A stretch of DNA of 42,911 bases, taken from Octopus bimaculoides. Taxonomy: Eukaryota. Within the stretch, counting starts at the first letter, position 1. Every line of letters begins with the position of its first letter. The stretch spans positions 50,129,195-50,172,105 of the forward strand of contig NC_068997.1 of the NCBI RefSeq assembly GCF_001194135.2, read 5' to 3'. Of the stretch, positions 1-10,724 are shown in pieces. Both the position numbers and the translations under genes were made by a program. Under the pieces are notes generated by a model that saw only the letters and a list, made by a program, of their open reading frames with translations, ran no database searches and was not told the DNA's origin.

Positions 1-39
1 AACAAAAAAAAAAAAAATATCCACTTGAAAATAATGATG

Positions 40-80
<41 letters not shown>

Positions 81-299
81 GATGATGATGATAGCAGTTT
101 GCCTTTATCCTTGTCTCTTTTCACAATATAAAGAAGCAGGGATCACATGTTTTTAATTCTCATTCATTAGAAAATAATAATTTCTAAATTTGGCCAAGAG
201 CCAAAAAATTTTGTTGGAGAGGCAGATGGGAATTTAATTGATTCTTCCACTACTACCATCACAATTGCCCACCTATACCATTACCACTCCTGCCATCAA

Positions 300-1000
300 G
301 GGAAGAGGTTAATTAATGACAACAATCCCTGTACCAACCCCTGAGGGATAAAAGTAAAGCTGACCCCGGCAGAATCTGAAACTAGATTGTAAAGCGCTAT
401 AAGAAATAGCACTAGTCATTTCGCCCAATGCTCCGCCAATTCTGCCAAGGCACAAGGCTAGTAATTTTAAGGGAAGGGGTTATTTGATGTCAGCAATCCC
501 AGTACCTGACAATAAATTTATCCTAACAAATCCTGAGGGATGAAAAGCAAAACTGACCCCAGCAAGATTTGAAACCTGAACATAAAAAACTGAAAGAAAT
601 AGCACTAGCCATTTTGTCCAATGCTCCACCAACTCTGCAGCGCACAAGGCTAACAGTTTTAAGGAAAGGAATTAGTTGATGTCAGCAACCCAAATACTTG
701 ACTCGAACTTTGTATTATAAACCCCAGAGGGATAAAAACAAATTTGACTCTGACTGGATTTGAAATCAAGACATTCTAAGACATAAAGAGCTGTGAGACA
801 TATTGCAAAGAATTTTGCCTGATGCTCCACCAATTATACCAAGGCACAAGGCAAGTAATTTTAAAGGAAGTCAATACCAGCAACGGCAGGCAAGAACTTT
901 ATCTTATCGGTTCCAGAGGGATGAAAAGCAAAGTTGACCTCAGCAGGATTTGAAACCAGAACATAAAAAACCAGAAGAATTTCTGCTAATCTTTTTGTCC
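300..1000 (-). repeat. Tandem array of 4 diverged ~190-bp units derived from a tRNA-type (Nin/Deu-domain-like) SINE
   Basis: Anchor GAGGGAT(G/A)AAA recurs at 343, 535, 727, 916 (spacing 192, 192, 189). GCACAAGGC recurs at 450, 642, 844. Units align to the dispersed SINE copy at 1201-1401. Confidence 0.75.
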
Positions 1001-1200
1001 AGTCAGTTAGATTGACTCTAGTACGCAACTACTAGTTAATTTATCAATTCTGAAAGGATGAAAGGCAAAGTCAACCTTGGAGGAATTTGAACTCAGAACA
1101 AAAAGACTGACGAAATACGACTAAGCATTTTGCCTGGCGTGCTAACAATTCTGCCAGCTCGCCAATAATAATAGTAATAATAATAATAATAATAATAGTC

Positions 1201-1401
1201 CTTTCTACTATAGGCACAAGGCCTGAAATTTGGGGGAGGCGGATAGTCAATTACATCAACCCCAGTGCGTAACAGGTACTTAGTTTATCGACCTCAAAAG
1301 GATGAAAGGTAAAGTCGACCTCGGCAGAATTTGAACTCAGAACGTAAAGACAGACGAAATACCACTAAGCATTTTGCCCCATGTGCTAATGATTCTGCCA
1401 G
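1201..1401 (-). mobile_element. tRNA-derived SINE with central Nin/Deu-like domain; a second truncated copy lies at 1030-1165
   Basis: The minus strand reads GCTGGCAGAATC..TTAGC head, GTTCTGAGTTCAAATT B-box-like motif, then GACTTTACCTTTCATCCTTTTGAGGTCGATAAACTAAGTACC core. The family recurs many times in the window. Confidence 0.8.
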
Positions 1402-1729
1402 CAACATGAACTAGTATCATATCAAGCCAGTAGGATATTGAACTCACAATCTTACAATTGAGAGTCGAACACCCTAACCACTAAGCCATGTGCCTTCACA
1501 CTCAGCAAGGTTGGAGCTAGAACAAATAGCACCAGTTGTGTTTCTTTTTTTTCTTTTTACTGATGCTGTAACAATTCCACCAGCTTGCAGCTTCAATTAG
1601 GTTATCAGACATTAAACAAAAGAGCGTTATACAATTCCGAACGAATCAAAAATCAAACGCAGCAAAAAATATTTTCAACCCATTGACCTCAGGTCACTTG
1701 TCCAAAACATTAACTACTTAGCGACTTAC

Positions 1730-1845
1730 TGGTGCGATAAATGTAAACTTAAATGGGATTTCTATGTCAAGCATTCGATAATGGTTTTCAAAACCCAACA
1801 TTATCAATAGCGAAATTCCAGAACATTCTGTGATAATGTTATGTA
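1730..1845 (-). CDS. Probable internal coding exon of an unidentified gene: (V)HNIITECSGISLLIMLGFENHYRMLDIEIPFKFTFIAP
   Basis: Perfect donor CCA|GTAAGT at 1730. Acceptor ccttttcattttccattgttatcattaaaag| at 1845, with an alternative in-frame cacag| at 1827. Only the phase-1 frame is open from either acceptor, matching the phase-1 end of the upstream exon. Unique, CpG-retaining sequence. Confidence 0.6.
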
Positions 1846-1974
1846 CTTTTAATGATAACAATGGAAAATGAAAAGGGGGGGGGGATAGAAAAAGAAAAAG
1901 AGAAAAAACAAAAATCAATTACATAAAATGAATTGTTTCGTAAAAAACAAGGGCAAAAAATAACCCAGACAAGT

Positions 1975-2036
1975 GTGTGTACTTATAAGTATATGTGTTC
2001 ATTTATATATGTATATATTTTATATATGTGTGTGAG

Positions 2037-2069
<33 letters not shown>

Positions 2070-2300
2070 ATGCAGGTGTATGTATGTATGCATATGTAAG
2101 CATGTACACACACATACACATAAACTCACACATACAAAGCAAAAATGTATGTAGGCGTATGTATGTATACATTTACACATGACATGCATCCATATACCTA
2201 CAAGATTACATACATATATACACACACACAAAAACAAGTAAATGTGTGTGTGTGTGTGTGTGTGTACTTATAATTATATGTGTGAGTGTATTTACAAACA

Positions 2301-2331
<31 letters not shown>

Positions 2332-2420
2332 CTTACATATGTATGTATATATACATAGGAGTGTATGTGTGTATGTATGTATACATATGTGTGTGTGTAC
2401 CCTTATATGTATCTATGTAT
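1975..2420. repeat. Compound (TA)n/(TG)n/(CA)n/(TATG)n microsatellite filling a 598-bp putative intron
   Basis: Directly visible; explains the ORFs at 1933-2500. Confidence 0.95.
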
Positions 2421-2443
2421 ACAACATGAGCATTCGCACACAC

Positions 2444-2594
2444 CAGCATAGTTTTCCAAAGTGCTGCTACACCACTCCAAGCCTGAGTCAAATCCTGTAA
2501 ACTTCTCAGCCATCCGAGGTAGAATAACAGAAGCACCAAGTCTACCACAAAAGAACAGGCATCATCATCACACCAGATTTATACCGCAGTTCAG
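2444..2594 (-). CDS. Probable exon encoding (LGASVILPR)MAEKFTGFDSGLEWCSSTLENYA; coding from ATG 2513, or from the 2541 acceptor
   Basis: Strong acceptor gtctttccttgtttctctgccattcag| at 2594; second acceptor ctgttcttttgtggtag| at 2541. Donor CTG|GTGTGT at 2444 is phase 1 and joins in frame to exon 1730-1845/1827. No homolog recognised. Confidence 0.55.
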
Positions 2595-2835
2595 CTGAAT
2601 GGCAGAGAAACAAGGAAAGACTAACCACAACACCAATCAATGATTAGCCTGTATTATAGCTGATGGTTGACTGGACAAGACTGGACTGGACTGGACTGGC
2701 TGGCTGGCTGGCTATGCGAGATTTTCCTATCACAAATATTTGACAGTTAGAGCCAAAGGAAGGGGTGGACAGGACTAAATGTGGCTGCTTGATTTGCTAG
2801 AAATAGCAGTCAAATCTCTTTCCAATCACACTATA

Positions 2836-3688
2836 CGAGGAGGTACCAAAAAGAAACAAGAATTTTGCAATATCATTTTGTTCACTTAGTCTTACATGTT
2901 TACACTTTTATCGCCTTCACAGTATTCTCCATTTGAAGCAATGCATCGGTCCAGATGCATTTTCCACTGTGTGAAGCAATGCTGGAACTCTTGCAAAGTG
3001 ATGCCTTTTAATGCCTCCATTGTTTTTTTCTTCACATATTCTACATCTGCAAATTCCATAGCACCAGCTTTCATCACCAGTGATGACTTTTCAAAAAAGG
3101 TTCCAATCAACTTCCAACTGTTCTTTCAGTTCATGACACGCATTTAGTCGTGACTGTTTTTGATCTTCCGTAAGCAAGCATGGCACAAATTTTGGTGCAG
3201 CTCTTTTCATTCACAATTCCTCGCTCAAAATCCATTGGCGGGAGCTCCAGAACACATCAGTCATATCAACAAGTTTATCAATTGTTTAGTCCTCCAAGAT
3301 CAGTTCATGAATTTTCATTCATTCGGGAGGTCAACGGTCATCCTGAATGAGGTTGGTCTTCAAGCAACAAGTGACCATTCCTAAAGCAAGGAAACCACTC
3401 GTAAACTTCTGCTTTGTTCATGGCAGCATCCTTGTAAGCTGTTTGAAGCATGACAACTGTTTCAGCCACTGTTTTTCCTCATAGAAAACAGAATTTATGG
3501 AAGCATGCAAAAACTGCAAAAATTGACCAACAGGGGAGAAGTAGTGTGAAACAAAAATGTACCCGATGACACCAGTTGGCAGACTGATGACTGAGATTCA
3601 CGTCAAGTAGCTTCTAGCAGCAGAAGCCCAAACAACAATTGGTTTGTCCAACAGAAAACGTTTCAAGTTACTTTAGGGTACCTTCTCA
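2836..3688 (-). mobile_element. Internally deleted, decayed mariner (Tc1/mariner) element
   Basis: TA flanks at 2834-35 and 3689-90. TIRs CGAGGAGGTACCAAAAAGAAAC / TGAGAAGGTACCCTAAAGTAAC. The minus strand gives the HTH region (IKFCFL..KTVAETVVMLQTAY), a VPCLLTEDQK (WVPxxL-like) motif, ITGDESWCY with the first catalytic D, then jumps directly to the C-terminal FADVEYVKKKT...LDRCIASNGEYCEGD. Confidence 0.9.
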
Positions 3689-3775
3689 TAATATGTTAAA
3701 ATTGGAAGTTTGTATCGTAGAACCAAGGGGAGAGTCTCTGGTGCACTGGTATCAATGGAGTTAAACTGTCCAATC

Positions 3776-3905
3776 TTTGTTGTGTCTGGGGAGAGTCATT
3801 CCCTTTTGGTGCCTTATAATTTAACACACTCACCAGTAAAATTTCCACTCATTTCCTTCTTTATTTTTCTAAAATTTTCGTTGTGTCTTGCAACCTTTTC
3901 AATAG
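3776..3905 (+). repeat. Dispersed repeat fragment, also present inverted at 36700-36825
   Basis: TGTTGTGTCTGGGGAGAGTCATTC..GTGCCTTAT..TTTAACACACTCAC..AAAATTTTCGTTG.GTCTTGCAACCTTT matches the reverse complement of 36700-36825. Family not assigned. Confidence 0.8.
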
Positions 3906-4199
3906 TTTTGTCCAATCTTTATTTAACGTAAAATTCCTCTAGGTAGGACGACATTGACCTGGTTACACATCTCATTCACTCTTTAACCCTTTAGCATTTA
4001 AACAGGCCATAGCTGGGTTTGGTAGGAGGAAACTGAAAGAAGCTCAGTGTGTGTGTGTCTTTGCCTTGACATCATGTGATGGTTGTAAATGAAATAGGCA
4101 AGGGTTAGCCACAGGAAGGGTATCCAGTCATAGTAGACCTGCCTCAACACATTCCGTCTTCCACATATAAGTATGGAAAAGCAGATGTTAATTAACAGA

Positions 4200-4490
4200 A
4201 TAATGATGATGATGATGACAATGATGATGATGATGGTGATGATGATAATGATGATGTTGATGATGATAATGATGATGGTGGTGGTGATGACAATGATGAT
4301 GATGATGGTGATAGTGATGGTGGTGGTAGCATTGATGATGATGAAGATGATGATAATGGTGGGGTGGTGATGATAGTGATAGTGGTGGCGGCGTTGATGA
4401 TGATGATCATCATCATGGCAATGATGATGATCATCATCATGGCAATGATGATGAAGAAGATAATGATGGTGATGATGGTGATGATGATAA
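4200..4490. repeat. Imperfect (ATG)n/(GTG)n trinucleotide tract
   Basis: Directly visible; source of the poly-M/H/I/S ORFs. Confidence 0.95.
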
Positions 4491-5333
4491 ATATTTTTCA
4501 AGTTTAAAGTCTCTTTGGTTTTTTTTTCAGAGAAAAAAAAAAGAAAAAAAACTCTAAACAATTATCTCATAAGCTGAAATAAATCAAAAGCTCATATTTT
4601 ATTAGTTCAGCCAAACATCTGTTTCTTTCATTTCTTTCATTTAGAATTAGAATTCATTACACTAAAAGCCGGTTCACAGTAAACTGCACAGTTCCAGGAA
4701 TTGAAGAAAACACAAATGGAACTATTCAAAAACGCTCAGACAATTAATGTCAGTATTTTTTAAAATCAGCTATCGTTCGTTATTTTATTGTGTGTCTTGT
4801 AAAATAGCTGAGGAATTTGGATCGTTTCATGGTTGTTTATCTAATTAATGGTACTTCGTCAAAGAGTTTATCCACATTTAAATTTAGTTTTTCATTTAAG
4901 CTTTAGAAAGTTCCAGAACTTCAACAAATTGTTGCTATTTTGGAAATGAATTGTCTCAAAATGTGAGATTTGATATCTTTCCAAATGTTGAATTTCCGTC
5001 CAAGTCAATTTATTAGATTGTTTTTTTTATTGTTGTTTTATTTTTTTTTTTGCAAAAATTTATTTTTTCCAGAATAATGATTTGCGACATAGACCAATAA
5101 TTTTGAGGGGAGGGTCTGACCAAACACATCAACCTTTGTATCTGACTGGTATTTTATTTTATCAATCCTGCAATCATCCTTTCTATTATAGGCACAAAGC
5201 CTGTTTTTTTGAGGGAGGGGTCTCGTTGGTTAAATTGACAGTGCTTGAATGGCACTTATTTTGTTAAGCCCAAAAAGGATGAACGACAAAGTTGACCTTG
5301 GTGGCATTTGAACTCAGAATGTAAAGATCAGTC

Positions 5334-5601
5334 TCTTTTATGATGAACCACTAAGTTACAGGGACATAAACAAAGTAATACCGGTTGTCAAACAGTAGTG
5401 GGGGAGAAATACAGACACACCTACACACACACACACATATATATGACAGGCTTCTTTCAGTTTCCGTCTATCAAATCCACTCACAAGGCTTTGAAAAGCC
5501 TGATGCTATAGTAGAAGACACCTACCTTAAGTGCCACATGGTGGGACTGAACCCAGAGCCATGTGGTGGGGAAGTAAGCTTCTTACCACACAGCCAAGCC
5601 C
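5334..5601 (-). mobile_element. tRNA-derived SINE, long type with internal (CA/TA)n; partial copy
   Basis: Colinear with full copies at 28232-28620 and 31135-31548. Confidence 0.85.
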
Positions 5602-6077
5602 GAACAATAATATTATGACACTAGTAGCAAACCAACTGCTTCCCAGGAGTTAAGAATTTTATTCTCAAGCAAAATGCAAAGTCTGCTTAGAAGCAGCCTT
5701 ACCACCACCACCACCACCACCATCACCACCACCACCACCACAACCACCATTTAGCATCTATGTTCCATGCTGAATAAACATAAAGCGATACTAAGAGAGA
5801 TACAAGAGGCTTTGAATAGGTCACAGCATCATGGAAGAGATATCTATATAACGATTAACATTGAAGTTGGTTTGGATTTATTTCTGGTCTCTTTGTCTAT
5901 GCAGAAGTGGAGATGAAGGTGTGGGTGTCGTTGCGAGGTGGGATGCGCTGGGCTGACAGTCTATTGAATTGGAGATGTTATTGAACAGATTTTTGGCTTT
6001 ACTGCTAATTCTAAGAAGAATAAATCTTTGACTCACACAGCAACAGTCTTCTTTTTCCCTCCATCCATTCTGAGATT

Positions 6078-6148
<71 letters not shown>

Positions 6149-6239
6149 TTGAAAACAGGCCAACCAAATCAACAAAACTATTGCTATACCATTGCTGTCT
6201 GTCAAACTCATTCACTTAGTAGATTACATAAACACCACA

Positions 6240-6480
6240 CCAGTTACGGTGTGGTGGTGGTGCTACTGCTGCTGGTACTCCTGATGCTGCTGGTGGTGGT
6301 GGCAGCAGCACCAACAGTAGTAGTAGTGGTGGTGGTGGTGGTGGTGGCGGTCATGGTACTGGTGGTAGTAGTACTAATGATGGCGGGGTGTTGTGGTAGT
6401 GGTGATGGTCATAGTTGGGGTGGTGGTGTGTTTTGGAATAAGTGTTACAGCAGTAGATGTGGCAGTAGTAGTAATACCAA
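6240..6480. repeat. Mosaic (GGT)/(GTA)/(GCT) trinucleotide tract, preceded by (TA)n at 6080-6138
   Basis: Directly visible. Confidence 0.9.
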
Positions 6481-6729
6481 GTCTGATGTCATTATTGGTA
6501 GTTTTATAGCATTATTACAACAGTTAAGGCTGCCATTTGTTATTGGCAGATCAGTAGCGCATTGGACAAAATGCCTTATGGTGTTTCTTCCAGCTCTTCA
6601 TGTTCTGAGCTCAAATCCCACCAAGACCAACTTACCCTTTTATCTTTCAAGGGTCAATAAAATAAAGTACAAGTCAAGAGCAAAGGTTAATGATAGTAAT
6701 TAAAACCCACTTTTCAATATGGCTGGTAT

Positions 6730-6950
6730 TAAAGGAAGCGAGCAGTCAGAATCATGACCACACAAGACAAAATGCTTGGTGGCATTTCATCAGGTTTTAC
6801 ATCCTGAGTTCAAATTCTACTGACGCCAACTTTGTCTTTCATCCTTTTAAGGGCATATAAAATAAAGTACCAGTTGAGTACTTTGGTCAATGCAATTGAC
6901 TGCTCTCTCCCAGACAATTTCAAGCCTTGTGCCTCTATCAGAAACAATAT
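6730..6950 (+). mobile_element. Nin/Deu-domain-like SINE, diverged
   Basis: GAGTTCAAATTC..CAACTTTGTCTTTCATCCTTTT..ATAAAATAAAGTACCAGTTGAGTACT core and AATTTCAAGCCTTGTGCCT tail. Confidence 0.75.
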
Positions 6951-6999
6951 TGTTGGCCTTGTATTTAAATTATAAAAAAAACAGTATTAATAGAAGTGG

Positions 7000-7314
7000 T
7001 GGTTGTTGTTGTTAGCAACAGGTTTTTGTGCAACAGGTAATTGCAGCAATGGATAGTAGTAGTAGTGATGGTGGTGGAATTAGTAGTAGTTGTGGTGGTG
7101 GTAGTGTTGGTAGTAGTGCTGATGGTGGTGGTACTCGAAATTGTAGTAGTAGTAGTTGCAGTAGTAACAGTAGCAGCAGCAAGGCGGTGGTGGTGGTGGT
7201 GGTAGTGTTGGTAGTAGTGGTGATGGTGGTGGTACTAGAAGTAGTAGTAGTAGTAATAGTGGTCATGGTGGTACTGTGGTAACGGTGGTGGTGCTGACAG
7301 TAGTACTAGAAATT

Positions 7315-7359
<45 letters not shown>

Positions 7360-7380
7360 ATGGTAGCTGCAGTAGCAACA
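7000..7380. repeat. Mosaic (GTA)n/(GGT)n trinucleotide tract
   Basis: Directly visible. Confidence 0.9.
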
Positions 7381-8402
7381 GAATTGAAACCACTGGAGAC
7401 ATGAACAGACACCTCAAAGCTTCAAGAGTTAATGAGAAACACGCAAACAATTCCAGTGTTTTCTTTTGGTCACTCAAAAAAAAACAAAAAAAAACAAGGA
7501 AAACAACAAAAACGACAAAAGAAAAACTAGCTGTCCATTGGTCCGGCTTTTGTTTTAAATATCTCCTTCCAAACAATTACAGTTGTTGCAAATTATCGTT
7601 AACAATACAAAGCCAGCCATGGTTGCATTATCCGACAGAATGCTTCATTCAGTCAATAAACTTCTCCCTTGCCGTAGCTTTCCCTCCTCAAAGTGACCAC
7701 AGCATCACCATCACCATCATCATCATCGTCACCACCACCACCTTCATCAGTCTCCTCCTCCCCCTGCTACTCCTACACACATCCATAGTTTTGATTACAT
7801 TATGGTTGGGGGGTTACCTCCCCCTTTTTTTCTTCTCTTTATTGTTATTTTTCTGTTGCGCGAGTGTGTGGGAGAGGTTGCCTTTTGTTTTTAAATGCTT
7901 CTGCATCCATTGTATTTTAAGCATGGTCGTATTTAACGCTTTTGGCTAATTAATGACAACATACTATTTTTTAAAATTAATTATTCACCTCTACAATAAT
8001 TTTTGCCTTTCACCCTTTCTAGGTGAAAGGCTCAATAAAATATGTACCAGCTGTGTATTGGGTTGATCTAATCAACTAACCCCCACAATGTTTCAGACCT
8101 TGAGCTTATAGTAGAAAGAATTATCATCATCATCGTCATCATCGTTGTTGCCGTTGTTGCCATTGTCGACATCATCATCATCCTCATCACCACCACCACC
8201 AAGGTGGTCAGCTGACAAAACCATTCATGTGGTTTTGTCCAAAGAGAGATCAACAGAGTACATACCAGACTTAAGAAAAAATAAGTGTTGGGATTGATTT
8301 TATTTTATTTTATTTTATTTCACTAAAACCTTTCAAGGTGACACCCAGGGACAGCTGCAGGCCAATGACAGAAACAGGTAAAAGATAAGAAACAAAGATA
8401 GA

Positions 8403-8895
8403 TTTTGTCGGCATTGTGAAGACCGGGAGCCATTCCATTTTCAGCCACAGTATCTAAAAATGCATCTCTGACATCATGTTTATTCAAATCAAAGTAACTG
8501 ACAACAATAGCCAAAATTTGAAGAACTAAAATCTCTCTACTTTCAGCAATTATGATAGAAAATTCTTGTGACTTGCAGAGATATCCATTTACTTCTTTTT
8601 TTCCTTCTTTCTTTTTTAATGGTTTTTGTTTGCTATTTTTAACATAGAAGTCTGTTCCATCTTGAATGATATTTTTCACTTGTTTCAATCATTTGACTGC
8701 GGCCATGCTGGGGTACTACGTTGAAGGCTTTTTAGTCAAACAAATCGACCCCCAGGACTTATTTTTTAAAAGCCTAGTACTTATTTTATCGATCTCTTTC
8801 GCTGAACTGCTAGGTTACAGGGAAGCAAACACACCAAAACTGGTTATTAAGCAGTGGTTGGTGGTGGGGACAAGTGCAGACACAAAGACACACAC

Positions 8896-8937
<42 letters not shown>

Positions 8938-9502
8938 GACGGGCTTCTTTCAGTTTCCATCAATCAAACCCACCCACAAGGCTTTAGTCAGCCAGAGGCT
9001 AGAGTAGAAGACATTTCTAAGGTGCCATGTAATGGGACTGAGCTTGGAACCATGCGGTTGGAAAGCAAGCTTCTTACCGCACAGCCACGCCTGTACCTAC
9101 AGATGAAAATTTTGTTCTTTTCATTGATAATTTTTTTGCAGTTTTACTGTCACAAATGTTTGCTAATATGTCCCTTCAAAAGATGATCAATGTTTGCAGA
9201 AGCAATGTTACATTCACCAAAACAGCCAGCAATAAGCGCTTCACGTTCAGCTGTTTGTTCACTCTCCATTGACTTACTCCTCACCACAAATTGAGAAATA
9301 TCAATATGAGGCTTAGCCACATCAAAGCATTTCTTAGGTTTGACAAAAGTCTTGTGTTTTATTAACATGGATTTATTTGCATTTCTCAGAATAATGTTGC
9401 AGTATTTACAGAAACTAGCTTCTTTATATTATTTGTATTTCGCTGAAGCCGATCCTTAAATTCAAGATTTACCAACCAGTCTTCCCTGAATGGCTGTGCA
9501 TA
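8403..9502 (-). mobile_element. hAT-superfamily transposase relic (N-terminal zinc finger to first catalytic motif), frameshifted and split by a SINE
   Basis: Minus-strand segments in order: YAQPFREDWLVNLEFKDRLQ / ASFCKYCNIILRNANKSMLIKHKTFVKP (CxxC..H zinc finger) / EALIAGCFGECNIASANIDHL / DSKTAKKLSMKRTKFSS |SINE| IIQDG...EFSIIIAESREILVLQILAIVVSYFD..VRDAFLDTV.ENGMAPGLHNA. These match the hAT motifs AEHNxxFxxxDHL and FSxxxDESTD-xxxxLAIVVRY as I recall them. Confidence 0.85.
8672..9097 (-). mobile_element. Full-length long-type tRNA-derived SINE nested in the hAT relic
   Basis: Head GGTACAGGCGTGGCTGTGCGGTAAG (A-box-like TGGCTGTG) with GGTTCCAAGCTCAGTCCC; tail GCAGTCAAATGATTGAAACAAG. Confidence 0.9.
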
Positions 9503-9910
9503 TCATTTTGCTTTTTTCTAGAGAGAGATTGCATTACATGACTCAGTGTGATAGATGACAAATTGTATACAAATGTAATAAGGTTATGACTAGTAGAAAA
9601 AATAGGAACATTAACGGGACAAGTCCCAAAAGAAACACCAAGACTGAACAACAAAATTTGTTGTAAGAATGAAGGATCTACTGCAGCACAACTTATTTAC
9701 ATATTCATAGATCGCTAGCCACTACACGTTCTTTTTTTCTCTCCTTGTTTCTTTCTGTGTTCCTTTCTGTGGAAGAGCATACGCTCAAAACGTTAAACAC
9801 TTTTTCACTTCCCGAGCATTATACTAATACATCTGTTTGTTTTCTACACCACCTGTCTTCGCCTTTTGTTTTTTTTTTGTGAATTCTCCCTACATACATA
9901 CACACTTCGT

Positions 9911-10095
9911 GCAGGTGACACGTAAAAGCACCTACTACACTCTCTGAGTGGTTGGCGTTAGGAAGGGCATCCAGCTGTAGAAACTCTGCCAAATTTAGAT
10001 TGGAGCCTGGTGTTGCCATCCGGTTTCACCAGTCCTCAGTCAAGTTGTCCAACCCATGCTAGCATGGAAAGCGGATGTTAAACGATGATGATGAT
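9911..10095 (+). mobile_element. LINE (RTE-like) 3' tail ending in (GAT)n; a near-identical shorter copy lies at 14185-14283
   Basis: TTGGAGCCTGGTGTTGCCATCCGGTTTCACCAGTCCTCAGTCAA..GTCCAACCCATGCTAGCATGGAAAGCGGA.GTTAAACGATGATGATGAT is shared with 14185-14283 (3 substitutions). Clade assignment is inference. Confidence 0.75.
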
Positions 10096-10294
10096 TATGA
10101 TATATATATATATATTATTTCAGTCTTTTATTCTTTTATTTGTTTCAGTCATTTGACTGCTGCCATGCTGGAGCACCGCCTTTAGTCAAACAAATCGACC
10201 GCAGGACTTATTCTTTGTAAGCCTAGTACTTATTTTATCAGTCTCTTTGCCGAACCGCTAAGTTACAGGGACGTAAACAGACCAGCATCGGTTG

Positions 10295-10404
10295 NNNNNN
10301 NNNNNNNNNNNNNNNNNNNNNNNNNNNNNNNNNNNNNNNNNNNNNNNNNNNNNNNNNNNNNNNNNNNNNNNNNNNNNNNNNNNNNNNNNNNNNNNNNNNN
10401 NNNN
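10295..10404. other. Assembly gap (N); further gaps at 13251-14152, 14944-15286, 18573-18817, 23881-24178
   Basis: Runs of n; most are flanked by microsatellites. Confidence 1.
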
Positions 10405-10724
10405 GGAGGAGGGGGAGGAGGGGGAGGATCAAGTGCCACTGTCATAGATGCAGTTTGCTTCCAATCTTGCCAGGAAAACATGTCCAGATATAAGGAAATA
10501 TAACATCGTTTGGAAAACAAGCGAGGATCAGTGATAGAAAGAGCATCCAGCTGTAGAAAATCTGCCTCAAAGAATTCCATCTGACTCAAGCAAACATGGA
10601 AAAGTGGATGTTATATATAATAGTATTTATGCCATGAAAGATGATGGCTTATGGAATTGATAGTCTGTTAAGTACTCTTTATTATTTGATTGCTTTTTAA
10701 AATGCATATCTTTTAAACACTCAC

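Noticed and set aside
1421-1499. tRNA-like sequence (TGGCTTAGTGG..GAGTTCAAT), and similar SINE heads elsewhere
   Set aside because: A/B-box-like heads of SINEs; no complete cloverleaf or acceptor stem.
4645-4747. Plus-strand terminal-exon-like ORF IRIHYTKSRFTVNCTVPGIEENTNGTIQKRSDN* after a strong acceptor
   Set aside because: No supporting plus-strand partner exon or poly(A) signal, and no recognised homology; not excluded.
1933-7282. ORFs rich in YI/CV/TH/M/H/V/T/S runs (and similar ones throughout the window)
   Set aside because: They are translations of (TA)n, (TG)n, (CA)n, (ATG)n and (GTA)n microsatellites.
7401-7949. 182-aa plus-strand ORF and CpG-retaining unique sequence
   Set aside because: Low-complexity composition across A-runs and (CAT)n; no convincing splice pair. 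The Kozak-like gcaaccATGG on minus leads to a 21-aa ORF only.
9770-9800. GAAGAGC-ATAC-GCTC-AAAACG motif (also 11700 and, inverted, 37500) resembling a hammerhead stem II
   Set aside because: It lacks the CUGANGA core and an intact GAAA; treated as an unassigned dispersed repeat.
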